64,000 nt of DNA, taken from assembly GCF_018350175.1 (NCBI RefSeq), contig NC_058368.1:237772001-237836000 (forward strand), written 5' to 3'. Source of the DNA: Felis catus (lineage: Eukaryota). Shown here in pieces: positions 1-10,830 of the stretch (the first letter of the stretch is position 1; every line of letters begins with the position of its first letter). The position numbers and the translations under genes were made by a program. The notes under the pieces are model-generated. The model did no database searches. It was not told the origin of the DNA and was given only the letters and a program-made list of their open reading frames with translations.

Positions 1-600
1 GACCCCAGGGTCTGCTGTGGCCAGGCCCCCAGCCAGACTCAGAGAGTATGTGGATTCGCAGGGCTGCCTCTGCTTTCTCTGCTTTGTTTTAAACCCAGGG
101 GTGAGCGGGGGTGGGGGCCCAGGGGGCTCATCACAAGGTGCAAGGTGAGAGGGTGCCTGGCGGCCACGTGCTGTGTGGGGACGCGGCCCTGACACCACCT
201 GGGTATCTCACGAGGCCGCTGGCTTCCTTCTAGCCTTCCTCTGCACTATGGAACCTCCTCTTCGCTACACTGGCTCCATCCGGGAGCCTGTGAGCAAAAT
301 GCATTCACAAGCAATGTGCTGAGTCTCACGTCAAAACCCGGACGTTCCCTGTCCTTACCTGCGTCTTACACGTGGAGGCAGGCGTGGTCCCAGGAGGTTG
401 CAAAAGACAGGCCCGGTAAGGCTCTGCTGGCCCCTCCAGTCCTCTGGCGGCAGCACCTGGGTCAGCCAACACGGTGACACGCTCCCGCGGCTGCCCTGGG
501 GGCACAGGTGTGCCTCATCTTCTCGGGGCATAAGAAAGGTGGGCTTCACCGACTCCTTCTCGGTGCCAGAGCCTGAGCAGTAACACTCACCATGGGCTCG

Positions 601-1062
601 CATCTCACTATCACTTCCGGGGCTGGGGTTGGGCATCTCCTCACCACTTCCGGGGCTGGGGGCACCTAGGCACCACTTCTGGGGCTGGGGCTGGGCATCT
701 CACCATCACTTCCGGGACTGGGGTTGGGCATCTCGCCACCACTTCCGGGGCTGGGGTTGGGTATCTCACCATCACTTCCGGGGCTGGGCCATCTCGCCAC
801 CACTTCCGGGGCTGGGGGCATCTCCCCACCACTTCCGGGGCTGGGGGCACCTAGGCACCACTTCTGGGGCTGGGGCTGGGCATCTCACCATCACTTCCGG
901 GACTGGGGTTGGGCATCTCGCCACCACTTCCGGGGCTGAGGGCACCTAGGCACCACTTCTAGGGCTGGGGCTGGGCATCTCGCCACCACTTCCGGGGCTG
1001 GGGTTGGGTATCTCGCCATCACTTCCGGGGGTGGGCCATCTCGCCACCACTTCTGGGCTGGG
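601..1062. repeat. GC-rich minisatellite, 15 units of 28-33 bp (consensus ~CATCTCGCCACCACTTCCGGGGCTGGGG[TTGGG])
   Basis: Units read directly, starting at 601, 634, 663, 696, 729, 762, 790, 819, 848, 881, 914, 943, 976, 1009 and 1037; variant unit types recur. Confidence 0.95.
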
Positions 1063-1234
1063 CACACTGAACGTAAGCGCTTGTGGGTCGCGGCTGCCCG
1101 CTGAGGCTGCTGCCGGGCCTCCCCGCCCCGCCCCTGCGCCCAGCGCCCTGTGAACATGCCCCTGTGTCCCTCCCTGAAGCCAGGCGCCAGGGGAGAGCAG
1201 GAGGGGGACGGGCCCGGCCCGGGGTGAGCAGAGG

Positions 1235-1650
1235 AAACCACACGCTTCCTGCGCAAGGCAGCCAGACCCGGCAGCTCAGAAGAACAGAACTCGCGTCACG
1301 GCTCTGGACACCGGAAATCCGCAGCTACGTGTGGGCGGGGCCGGGTCCTTCTGAGACTCCGAGGGGCGTCTGTTGCACGTCTCTGTCCAGCTGCCGGTGG
1401 TCTCCGGCCACCTGGGTGCCCCTTAGCTTGTGAAGCCACCACCCCCGTGTGTGCCCTCACGGTCACCTGCTTCTCTGCATCTGGGTCCACACTGCCCTTC
1501 TTACGAGGGGTCGGGGCCCATCAGTCCAGCTCAACTCGTCCTAACTAATGACACTTGCGGTGACCTTTTTTTCAGATCAAGTCACCGTCTGAGGTCCTGG
1601 GAGTTACGACTTCATGTAGGAGTGTGCTGGGGGGACACGGTGCCCCCGTG
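1235..1650 (-). mobile_element. MLT1 (MaLR) solo LTR remnant, MLT1B/C-like
   Basis: Resembles antisense MLT1: ...ctaactaatgacacttgcggtgacctttttttcagatcaagtcaccgtctgaggtcctgggagttacgacttca...ggggacac. Family assigned from recalled consensus. Confidence 0.7.
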
Positions 1651-2369
1651 ATATGCAGGGGCAAACACCCAGGCATGGAGATAGGCCATATTGTAACGCA
1701 ATCCTTGAGAAGGTCGAAATCCACGCAAAAACCCGAGGCAGACAAAACACAAACACAGGATCAGTATTGCTGACTTCTCCGGCCCTGGGCGCTGGCAGGT
1801 ACCCGCTGGGTCCTGGTCCCCGTCCTACCTCTGTTTGCAAAGGTGGTACTTTGTTAAGACGCACGTTGGTTTGCATTAATTTTCATTTTCTAAAATACCA
1901 CGTTGAAAATTATCGCTCTCGATGACTGAGATGGTTGGTGCCCAAGGCAAGTGCCTTGCTTGCCTGGGTCCCCCCGGGTGCTGACGGAGCTCAGCCCGAT
2001 GGAGGCAAAACCATCAGCCTGACCGGTGGGGATGAGCCTATTCTCACCCCAACGCCCCGACCCCCACGTGAGTCACCGCAGGGCAGAAGCCCGTTCTCCA
2101 ACCGTCCCCGGGGGGAGGCGCGTGCTGGCTGCTGCCTGGAGTTTTGCGACAGGGCTACCTGCCAGGGCGGCCTGCCCCTGACCCTGGCCCTGGCCCTGGG
2201 CGGAGGGGAGCCTGAAGCCTCACCTCCTCTCTGTCCTGCAGCTGGTAACACTAGCCCTCTTTCTGTACCGAGATGACCCTCGGCCCGATCGCTGGCATCC
2301 CGGTGACCCCGGGTCACCGATTTCCCCAGCACCACCTGAGCTCCCGCCCTGGAGAAAGTCTACCCTGTT

Positions 2370-2615
2370 CCTTTTGTTTAATGGGGCTATTGGTAATAAA
2401 ACTTGTACAATGATTAAAAGCGTGATTGTATCTCTGGTGCTTAGCAAGGCACCTCTTCATGCATTAGTAATGCAGGGATTCAATAAAGCCTCATCTGCTC
2501 TCCGCTGACAACTGTTTAACTTTTCTTTACGCCGCGCGGCCACGCTTCCTGCAGTATGACAAAGCTTCATGCGAGGGCGAGGAGGCACTTCCATTGAAGC
2601 CGGCTTTAATTATGG
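2370..2615. promoter_or_regulatory. Candidate conserved non-coding element / enhancer
   Basis: Non-repetitive AT-rich island in GC-rich flanks; GTAATAAAA, ACAATG, TGACA, TAATTA and palindrome TGCATTAGTAATGCA (2460-2474). Conservation not tested. Confidence 0.4.
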
Positions 2616-5600
2616 ATGTCCTGCGTGGGACACCCTTCTTCTCTGTGTGTTTCTTCCCTCCAAGAGCACCCGTTTAAGTCAACGATCAAAGACAGGTGGA
2701 GAGAAATGTGCCTTCGTAACCCGGCCTGACTTGGCCTCCTCTTACCTGACTAATTTTGTGTATCGCTGCTCTGTTGTCAGATACTCGAAGGTCCCCTCAC
2801 GGGGGCCCCCAAAGGCCCGTGCTCACCATCTCGGCAGATGACTCTCTCCTAGATCGGCCACGATTTAACCGTTAAGCTGCTGTAGCCCCCAAGCTAAAAT
2901 GGGGTTCTGCAAAGCTCTTCCAGCAGAACCAGGACCCCGGACGTGCCCGCGATGAGCCAGACTGTTCCTCCGTGATTTTGCCCCTTCTCCACCTGGCTTC
3001 AAGCCACTAGAGTAGACGGACAAGCTCAGAGAGGGCTTCCCTGGAGCTTCCGGCAAGGAGCTCTGGGCATCCTGAGATCTTCTCCTCTGCTTTAATCATG
3101 TGCCTGTTCAACTGATGCGGATCGATTTGGCGAAGAGGATGCCACATGTACACGGCGACCCAACAGATCTAAACTCTGCCCTCCGTGGGCAGGTGTGAGT
3201 GGAGAGCTGTGCCAAAGTCCCCAAGAGATGCCTGCTGAGTCGTGCGGGTTTCTGAGCCTTAGATCCGGCCTTATTGCGAAGATTGTAATTTCAGCCTGCT
3301 CCTTGGGAGTGGCTGACACTTGATTGGATTGTGCACTCAGATCTTGATTTGGAATTTTGTGGCGGAAGTGGGTGCTTCACACTGGTCACTGCTCCATTTT
3401 CTCTTGCCTCGAGTGATAGAGAATCGGGCTCTCCTCACCCCTGTTGGTGCCAAAGGGCCCCTGAGTCTGCAGGGTCAGGGCTGGATACTGGGGTTCTGCT
3501 CATTACGGCCAACTGAGGCAGGTCGTGGGAAGAAAGGAAGTGCATGTGTATCCATCGGAACAGAAGCATCATTTTCTTTCCCTAACCTGCACCAGACTCA
3601 CACGCTGTAAGGGGGGGGGGCCTTACGAGGTGGTGACTGTAGATACCCCGAGGGTTGGTCCTGTTGGAACCGTCCTGCACCAACACGCACTCGCACGCAT
3701 TGACACGCACACACACACGTGCAGACACACGCACTTCCCAAAGCCTCCGGCTCCGCGTGGTTCTTGCCACCGTTCGTTTCCAGACCGCATCCCTGTGCTC
3801 CGGCAGGAGACTGCCTCTAGTGCACGGCTGCGTAGACAAACACACGAGTCCACATTTATAAAGCATCTGAAGCCTTCCAATGAAAAGCTTTCTGCTAGTT
3901 CAAGAGGCAAAAAGAGTCCCACGTGTCGTCTTTGATGTGTAGTTTTCCAAGTGCTCAGAAGCATTTCTGGGAGGCTGTGTGAGTCCCTTTTGTTTCTAGA
4001 ATGTTTGCTTGATGTGTTTCAAAGCAGCAGTGAGAGCACTCCTGGCAAGGTCTTGCTTTTTAATTGTGGCTCCGTGAGCGGCGATCCCGCACCTTAATTC
4101 CACGCGCTCGTGTCGAAAACACATCCCTCTGTGAAGGCGTACTAGCTACACTGTAAACATCTTGGAAAACTTTGCCAACATTACTCAAAATAGGCAGCTG
4201 GATTTTTTTTTTTTATCATTTCCAGGTGCATTTGAGGGAGAGGAGAGTTCTAATGGACCTAAATTGTCTGTGCGATCCAAACTCCGAAAGTTATACCCAC
4301 ACATTTCAAAGAGATATTGCTTTGGAGACTACAGGCAGATGAACAAAACGTCCCCAGTCCTGTGAGCCCATCCACGGTGCCATCCGCCACGTTGACAGTG
4401 AATGTTTACGCACTGTTTCTCCCAAATAGTCTTGTCTCACATATTGTTTCCTGATTCCAGGTTCTGGGAAGAGAAGGTCCCAGGGCTGCTTGCATCCGGG
4501 TGCACGTGTGCCCAATGTGCAGAGGACTCAAGATCCGATTCAAGAACCAGAGACGGGCTGTCGCCTGGCCCCTGTGGACCCAGAGCCTCCTCCCTCCCTC
4601 CAGCCCCTGCAGACTTGCTCAGGGTGGTAACTGCGTGTTCCCACTTGGGCTGAGGTGTTAGGTGAAGAGTCCTTCCCTCGCGAAGGACACCGTTTCCTAA
4701 CTGGAAACTTTACGAAGCTGACATTTGGCAAGAAAGTCATTTCTCACGAAAACGGTCACCCATTCCAGTTCATTGAAGCGAAAACGCGACTCATGTTTTA
4801 CTTAGATTTCGTTTTTTGAATGGGTTAGTCTTTGTACATCTTCATTTTGGGCCCCTAGGATCGTGAACTTTGGAACAGAAAGGCACTCACATACGGCTAA
4901 GTGGGGAGACCCAGGAGAGTCTCTGTCCAGCACCATGCGGGGTCCTCACGCGGGACATCCCCACCGGGCTCTCCACGGGTCACCCCGGGTAGTCCTCATT
5001 TGCCTCTTCCCTCCAGAACCATCCTGCACAGCCCTGACACACACATCACCTCCTCCCAAAGTGCTTTCAAAGGCCCTTGCTTGTTTGAAATCACATCTCT
5101 TCTGGCTTTCACAGCCTCCCTCCCTGGCCCTGTTTACCTAAGTACATGTCCCACCACTTCCTGGTGCCACGTCCCATTCCTGTGGGGTGTCCCGTGTCTG
5201 ACGTCTTTCGCGTCACGTCCACGCGCACTCCTGACTCGGGCCACGCTGCACTTCCTTCCGAGTGCCCGGGCTCGGCAGCACATGCGTAGTGCAGATCGTA
5301 CCCCTTCCCGAGTCCTCCTGGGTCTGAGATGCCTGCAGGCGTGACGCTCCCCACTCCGTCCCGGTATGCCACCCCTGGCTGCACCTTGAGAGCGGGGACT
5401 TTGCTCTATGCCTGTCGGTGCCTCACCGCACCCGGTAAAGGTCCGGGCACACACTAACTGTTCCAGAAAAGCTATTGGCTTTAAATCCACGAAGGGGGGG
5501 CGAGGGCACTCTCCTGGCCCAGCTCTCTGGGTCCCGCTGCCCGGCCCTTCACTGTGTGGTCTCCTCCCACGTGGGAAGTGTGAGAAGCAGGCGACAGCAC

Positions 5601-6324
5601 CGTCAGGTGGAAGAGGAGAGCTTCCTGACACGACAGTAGCTCCGCACGGGGACTCGCGGTGTTTCACCAACAGTGGTGGAAATCCAAAGACGCGGATTCC
5701 ACTGGAACGCCGCAAGGCTCCCTGTCGCGCTTTCCCTCAGTACAGGGTGAGCAAGCTCCAGACACCCGCTCTTGCTTCAGGATGCTGTGGGGGACACGAG
5801 GACGGGCAGGCTCTGTGTTTCTAGTCGGCACAGGCAGAGTGGGGCTGCCCGGATGAGGGTCAGAGAGGGTCCACCTTCTCTCCAGACCAGGCACGTTGTC
5901 CCGCTCGTCTGTTCTCGGAGAAGATTGTCGGGAGCCACAGTAACATCTGTCTCTTCTTGAAACGGGCCACCGTCCCGTTTGCCACGGAGACACGAAAGCC
6001 AGAAGCAAGCTTTCATCACTGCTGGAGTCTCCCTTGCACACCTTTCTGGATCTTTCTGGATCGTTAAGGATTCTTCTAAACGTGCCAAGGACTCCATGGT
6101 GGCATCCCCATTCCGCGTCTGGTTCTGGCAGAAGACTGAACTGGACACTAACACAGCCAGGCTCGGTCCCCTTAGGTCACAGCTGTGGTCATCCCCTGGC
6201 CCGGGGGGTACTGACTCCTCTGTTTGCACAGTTTTTCATGTTGTTTTAAGACACGGAATGCAAACGCGGCCACAATGTTATGATCAAGTTTTAATGTACC
6301 ATAGAAAACAATGTTTTTGTTAAG

Positions 6325-6526
6325 TTTTTTTTTAATGTTTACTTATTTTTGAGGGAGAGAGAGACACAGCATGTGAGCGGGGGAGGGGCAGAGAGAGAGG
6401 GGGACACAGAAGCCAAATCAGGCTCCAGGCTCTGAGCCATCAGCACAGAGCCCGATGTGGGTCTTGAACTCACAAACCGTGAGATCATGACCTGAGCAGA
6501 AGTTGGACTGAGCCACCCAGGCGCCC
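6325..6526 (-). mobile_element. SINEC_Fc-type CAN-SINE
   Basis: T-tail, (GA)n tract, gtgagatcatgacctgagc...ctgagccacccaggcgccc; short internal deletion near the 5' end. Confidence 0.95.
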
Positions 6527-7819
6527 AGTGTCTTAATAGTATAAACACATACCTCGTTTTCCTGTGCTGAGCTGGGAGAATGATACCCAATCGCCACACG
6601 TCTGGAGAGGAAACCAGGGTGCTGTCCGAGGGTCCGGACGTCTTTCCTCCGAGCCCTTGTGACCACCTGCCCAGCAGGCCGCAGAAGCACAGGGGCACTG
6701 GGTCACAGAGCTCCCAGCACGGCTGGGACTGGGGCCAGGAGCCTCCACTCCTGGGACGGACAGCTGACCTTGAACTCTTCCATTCATCTTGCAAATGCTG
6801 ACGAGCTCACCTAGAAACTAATGGGAACCTGCTGTGCTAGTTTTCAATGTAAAAGGAATCTCTTTCCTGAGTCTATGTTGGATGGGACCCCATGAAGATT
6901 AAATACTCCGTTTACAACATGACCTCATTAGTGGGTAGATGGGAGCGTGCGGTGGTCCCCGATGTGGATCCCTAAAGAGAACATTCAAAAGTGGTTTGAG
7001 TATATTTTGTTGCTTAGAAAATTGAGTTAAGTGATGATACATTTATGAGAAGCTGGCATCAGAGAATCCTTGGCAAGGATGGGGCGTGGGACGTGTGCCT
7101 GGCGTGTGGCCGCTGGGAGCCCAGCCCCGGGCCTCGTCACCCTCACCATCACGTGCGATTTATTTCCCACTCAGGATCATTCATTTCCTGACATCTGTAT
7201 GGCCGCTTCTTCATCGTGTCCCTACGTGTACCCTTCATACGTGTACTTCATCGTGTACCCTTACTTTCACATATAGAAAGTAAGATTTAACCGCAGTAAC
7301 TCAGCGTCACCGCCCGTGTGGTGGTTTATGCCTCCAATCCTTGTATTGGCAGTGACTACAGAATTTACTGTTTCTTAGTGTATCCGGGACTCTCGGGGGG
7401 GAGGCCCCTTATGAAAATCTAAAGTGAGTTAAATTCACAAAACTGTTAAGGAGTAAGATTTCCTTTGTTTTATCAAAGCACAAAATACAGAATATCTTTA
7501 AGCCTGCGATGACCTTGTGACTCAGTTAATCGAAGTTGTTCCTCCAGATCCCATGACAGAGGCTGCAAGGCCTGTCATCACCCGGATCATATGGCCTGGG
7601 TCTCAGAAGCCCCTCAGCTGACCGATGGTCTCTGCGTTCTCAGGGCCCGAGGTGTCCTGAGGTGCTGGGCTCAGGGCTGATGCCCGTAAAGTTCCAGACA
7701 GTCTGAGACTAGTCTGTGGGTCAGGCAGGTCACAGAACCAGGTGAGAGTCAAGGAAACAGAACTGGAAAGTACCGTGGCCATCTTTACTCGGCCACACAC
7801 AGTGTAAGGGAAGCTGTGA

Positions 7820-8960
7820 CCACGTGGAAGATACATCTCAGAAACAAGAAGGTGTGTTACTGCAAAGAGAGCATTCTCCCCAAATGACTGTGTGATTGTT
7901 TTTAAATTGGTTTAATGTTTATTTATTTTTGGGAGAGAGAGAGAGTGGGAGCAGGGGAGGGGCCGAGAGGGGGAGACACAGAATCCGAAGCAGGCTCCAG
8001 GCTCTCAGCCGTCAGCACAGAGCCCGATGTGGGGCTCGAACCCACGAACCGTGAGATCATGACGTGAGCCGAAGTCGGACGCTCAACCGACTGAGCCACC
8101 CAGGCGCCCGGACTGTGTGATTTTAATGCAATTGCAATTCAGACTTCCAGTGCCTCTTTGTGGGAGGCTAAACTCCGCAAGTATCCGATAGATGTGTGAA
8201 GACGTTACGCAAAAAACAGAAGCGGAGGGGCAGAACATAAAGATTTAAAAAACGATTATCCACGTGGAAAAATCTAATGAAATGAGATTCCTTCTTTATA
8301 CCAGATGTGAAGCCAGAGAACTGCAGCAGGAAGGGCAGAGTCGGAAAGCGTCCCGAGGTTACCCTTACGATCTGGGGGCTAAGAAACAATTTTTCTAAAA
8401 ACACACAAAAACTGGAAGCTTTAAAGCAGTAAAGAAAAAAGATATGGTCATTTTATGACATTAAAATGAAAGACTGGGTAACACAAAGCCCCCTCAACAA
8501 AGACACGGGAGTCCACGAGAGGAGCCACAAGCTAACATTTTAACTGCAAAGGTGACGAAAGATTGATTTCATGAATTCCAGTAAAGTCTTTCGATATATG
8601 CAATCTCACAAGAATACATGAAAGGATTTACAGAAAAACAGGGGAGAAAGCAAAGGGATAAAATATACAATTTCCGGGAGAGGACACCAGAAAGGCTCTG
8701 GTCCTTCTCTGCGTCTTGGCAAAAAAGTTCACCACGGGAGCCCAGGGAGCCGCGTGGGGAAGGAGAGAATCAGGCGTCCCCAGCGCCTGGCGACAGTGCA
8801 GGCCGGAACAGCCACCTCGCACGTCTGGGTGCTGAGGCTGCCGCTCCCCAGCCGTGAGCCCATTTCTGGCAGGAGTCCTAGGAACGCCTATGAGAGATCA
8901 GAGACGACGTAAATACCTAGTGAGGGGCGACCGGGTGAGGAAACCACGCAATATTACTGT
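7820..8960 (+). mobile_element. Old L1M ORF2/3' remnant, interrupted by a SINE
   Basis: attctccccaaat...ttaatgcaatt is continuous across the SINE and resembles L1 ORF2; A-rich degenerate L1-like sequence follows. Confidence 0.5.
7898..8109 (-). mobile_element. SINEC_Fc-type CAN-SINE with 12-bp TSD
   Basis: Full SINEC body; TSD GACTGTGTGATT at 7886-7897 and 8111-8122. Confidence 0.96.
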
Positions 8961-10699
8961 CGTGAACGCATCACAGGAGTTCACACACGGGCTTCCCCTG
9001 AGGAGGGACTGCGGCCCCGGCCCCCCGACCAAATCCGACCGCTGTCCGTTGCATAAAGTTTGGGTGGAACACAGCCAACCCGAGCGCAGGTGTTGGCGGT
9101 GGTAGGTCCCCATCACAGGCCGCAGTGGGGCTGAAACCGCCCCTCGGACCCCTCGCAGGAAGAGCCCGGGGCGTCACCTTTGCAAATCTACGTAGTGTGA
9201 CAGTGCACGCCAGGGCGGTGCGGTCCTGGGATGCACACGCCACCCCCCACGACCCTTAACAACTGCAGGCACCCCACAGCCCACGCCCCGCCCCGCACCG
9301 CCCCGAGCCCCGCACCCTGCACCGTCGTCCCATGGCCAGGCTGGGGCACCTGGGACAGGAGGCCGTCTCGGCTTCCACAACATTTCCACGTCTTTAAGAA
9401 AGATCTGGACAATGACATCAAATGGCAGGACTTGAGAGGGCGTATGCAGGGTAGGAGGACCCACCAAGTCCTTCCTGGCTGTTTCAGGGGAAACCGTGCG
9501 TCCTCAGCCAATGGCCACAGCGCCCTGTCCGCTCGCACCCGGGACGGGACGGCCTCCTCAGTTCGCTTGCGGATTTTCCCAGAGCAACTTCCAAGGGTTT
9601 CCAACGACGGAAACATACGCAAAAATAGGTAACGGAACAAAATCAGGCCCAGAGCGGATTCACTAAATCGCCCTGTAAAGCGCCTGATGTGTCCCCTCTG
9701 GAAGCAGGAGTGGCCACACCCATCAGCTGTGCCAGCCATTCGGGTCACCTATGTCCAGAGTCCACACACGCCGGTCAGAAGTTATTTACCCTTCAGTCCA
9801 CGGCATTTATATTTCAGAGGGGACGTGGGTCCGAAGCAGTGGCCTGTGACGCTGAGAGAGGGGGCTTGGACCTCTCCGTGCCTAACTGGCGCAGGTTGAG
9901 ACAGAAGTGAGGGTCCGAGTGTCCCCTGGGATGCGGTCAGGTTGGCACCTGTGGAAGGGGGGCGCCCAGCACCGGGCAGGGGGGCCTGGGCCGCAGGGCT
10001 GTCCCCACGGAGGTCTTGGCTGAGCGGCTGACCATCTGAAGGGCGAAAACCCTTTAGGGGGTTCTCAGTTCCGGTTCGGGGTCACTGCCCTGGTGTCTCT
10101 GGGGGTGGGGGTGTGCTGCATCAAAGGGGGTCTCAACTGCCCCCTGAGGGCTGTCTGCTGGCTTCATTCCCAACAGCTGGGAGGTCAGTTCTCTGTCCCC
10201 AAAGGGACATCTGTGTGTCACCTCCAGTGTTCAGCGCATAGCGTCCCTGTGGAAACAGCAGGGCCCCGGGCTCACAGAAAATCCTAAAGCGCCTTGCCCT
10301 TTACGGACACACGGCCACGGCTGCCAGAGACGGCTCGAGTTACACAGAACCTGTGCCCCTGCGGTTCCGTATCTCTTCTAGACGGTTTCATTAGCGGCTC
10401 AATTTTGTTTTATTGAGTTGTACTGGGGGGGTCGTTGCTGGGAAGTGATTTTGATGATTAGAGAAGTTAGATGTGGCTCATCTCTTCCTACCTCGAGGGC
10501 CCACGTGAGTCCGTGGGCGCAGACCCCCGTCCCCCCGCTCCAGCGCCGGGTGCCGCGTGTTCCTACGTGTCAGCAGCTCCGCGCACGGATCTTTCCGTCT
10601 CCAGGGCAGACTGGAAGCAGCACTTCGCTCCCACACGCACCTGCCGTCTCTGGGCGCCCAGAAGCCGGGTCAGGCCTCTCCGAAAGAGCACAGGAAGGG

Positions 10700-10830
10700 C
10701 CGGGGCCGGGGTTTCACCCCGTGCCTCCCTGTGGCCTACAAAGGAGTCACTTTCTCAGCCTGTCTGAAGTGCTCATTTCCTGGCCGACAGTGTGGACTTG
10801 GCCCCCTTCCCTCACCGCGGGTTGTTGAGG
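10700..10830 (+). mobile_element. Degenerate MIR
   Basis: Weak similarity to the MIR core (...gtcactttctcagcctgtctgaagtgctcatttcct...ctcaccgcgggttgttgagg). Confidence 0.35.

Noticed and set aside
601..1062. CRISPR-like array
   Set aside because: No unique spacers, the units are tandem variants, there are no cas genes, and the context is mammalian.
4200..4365. Strong-looking splice acceptor (T-run...ttccag) followed by a short open frame
   Set aside because: Peptide not recognised and no partner exons; such sites occur by chance.
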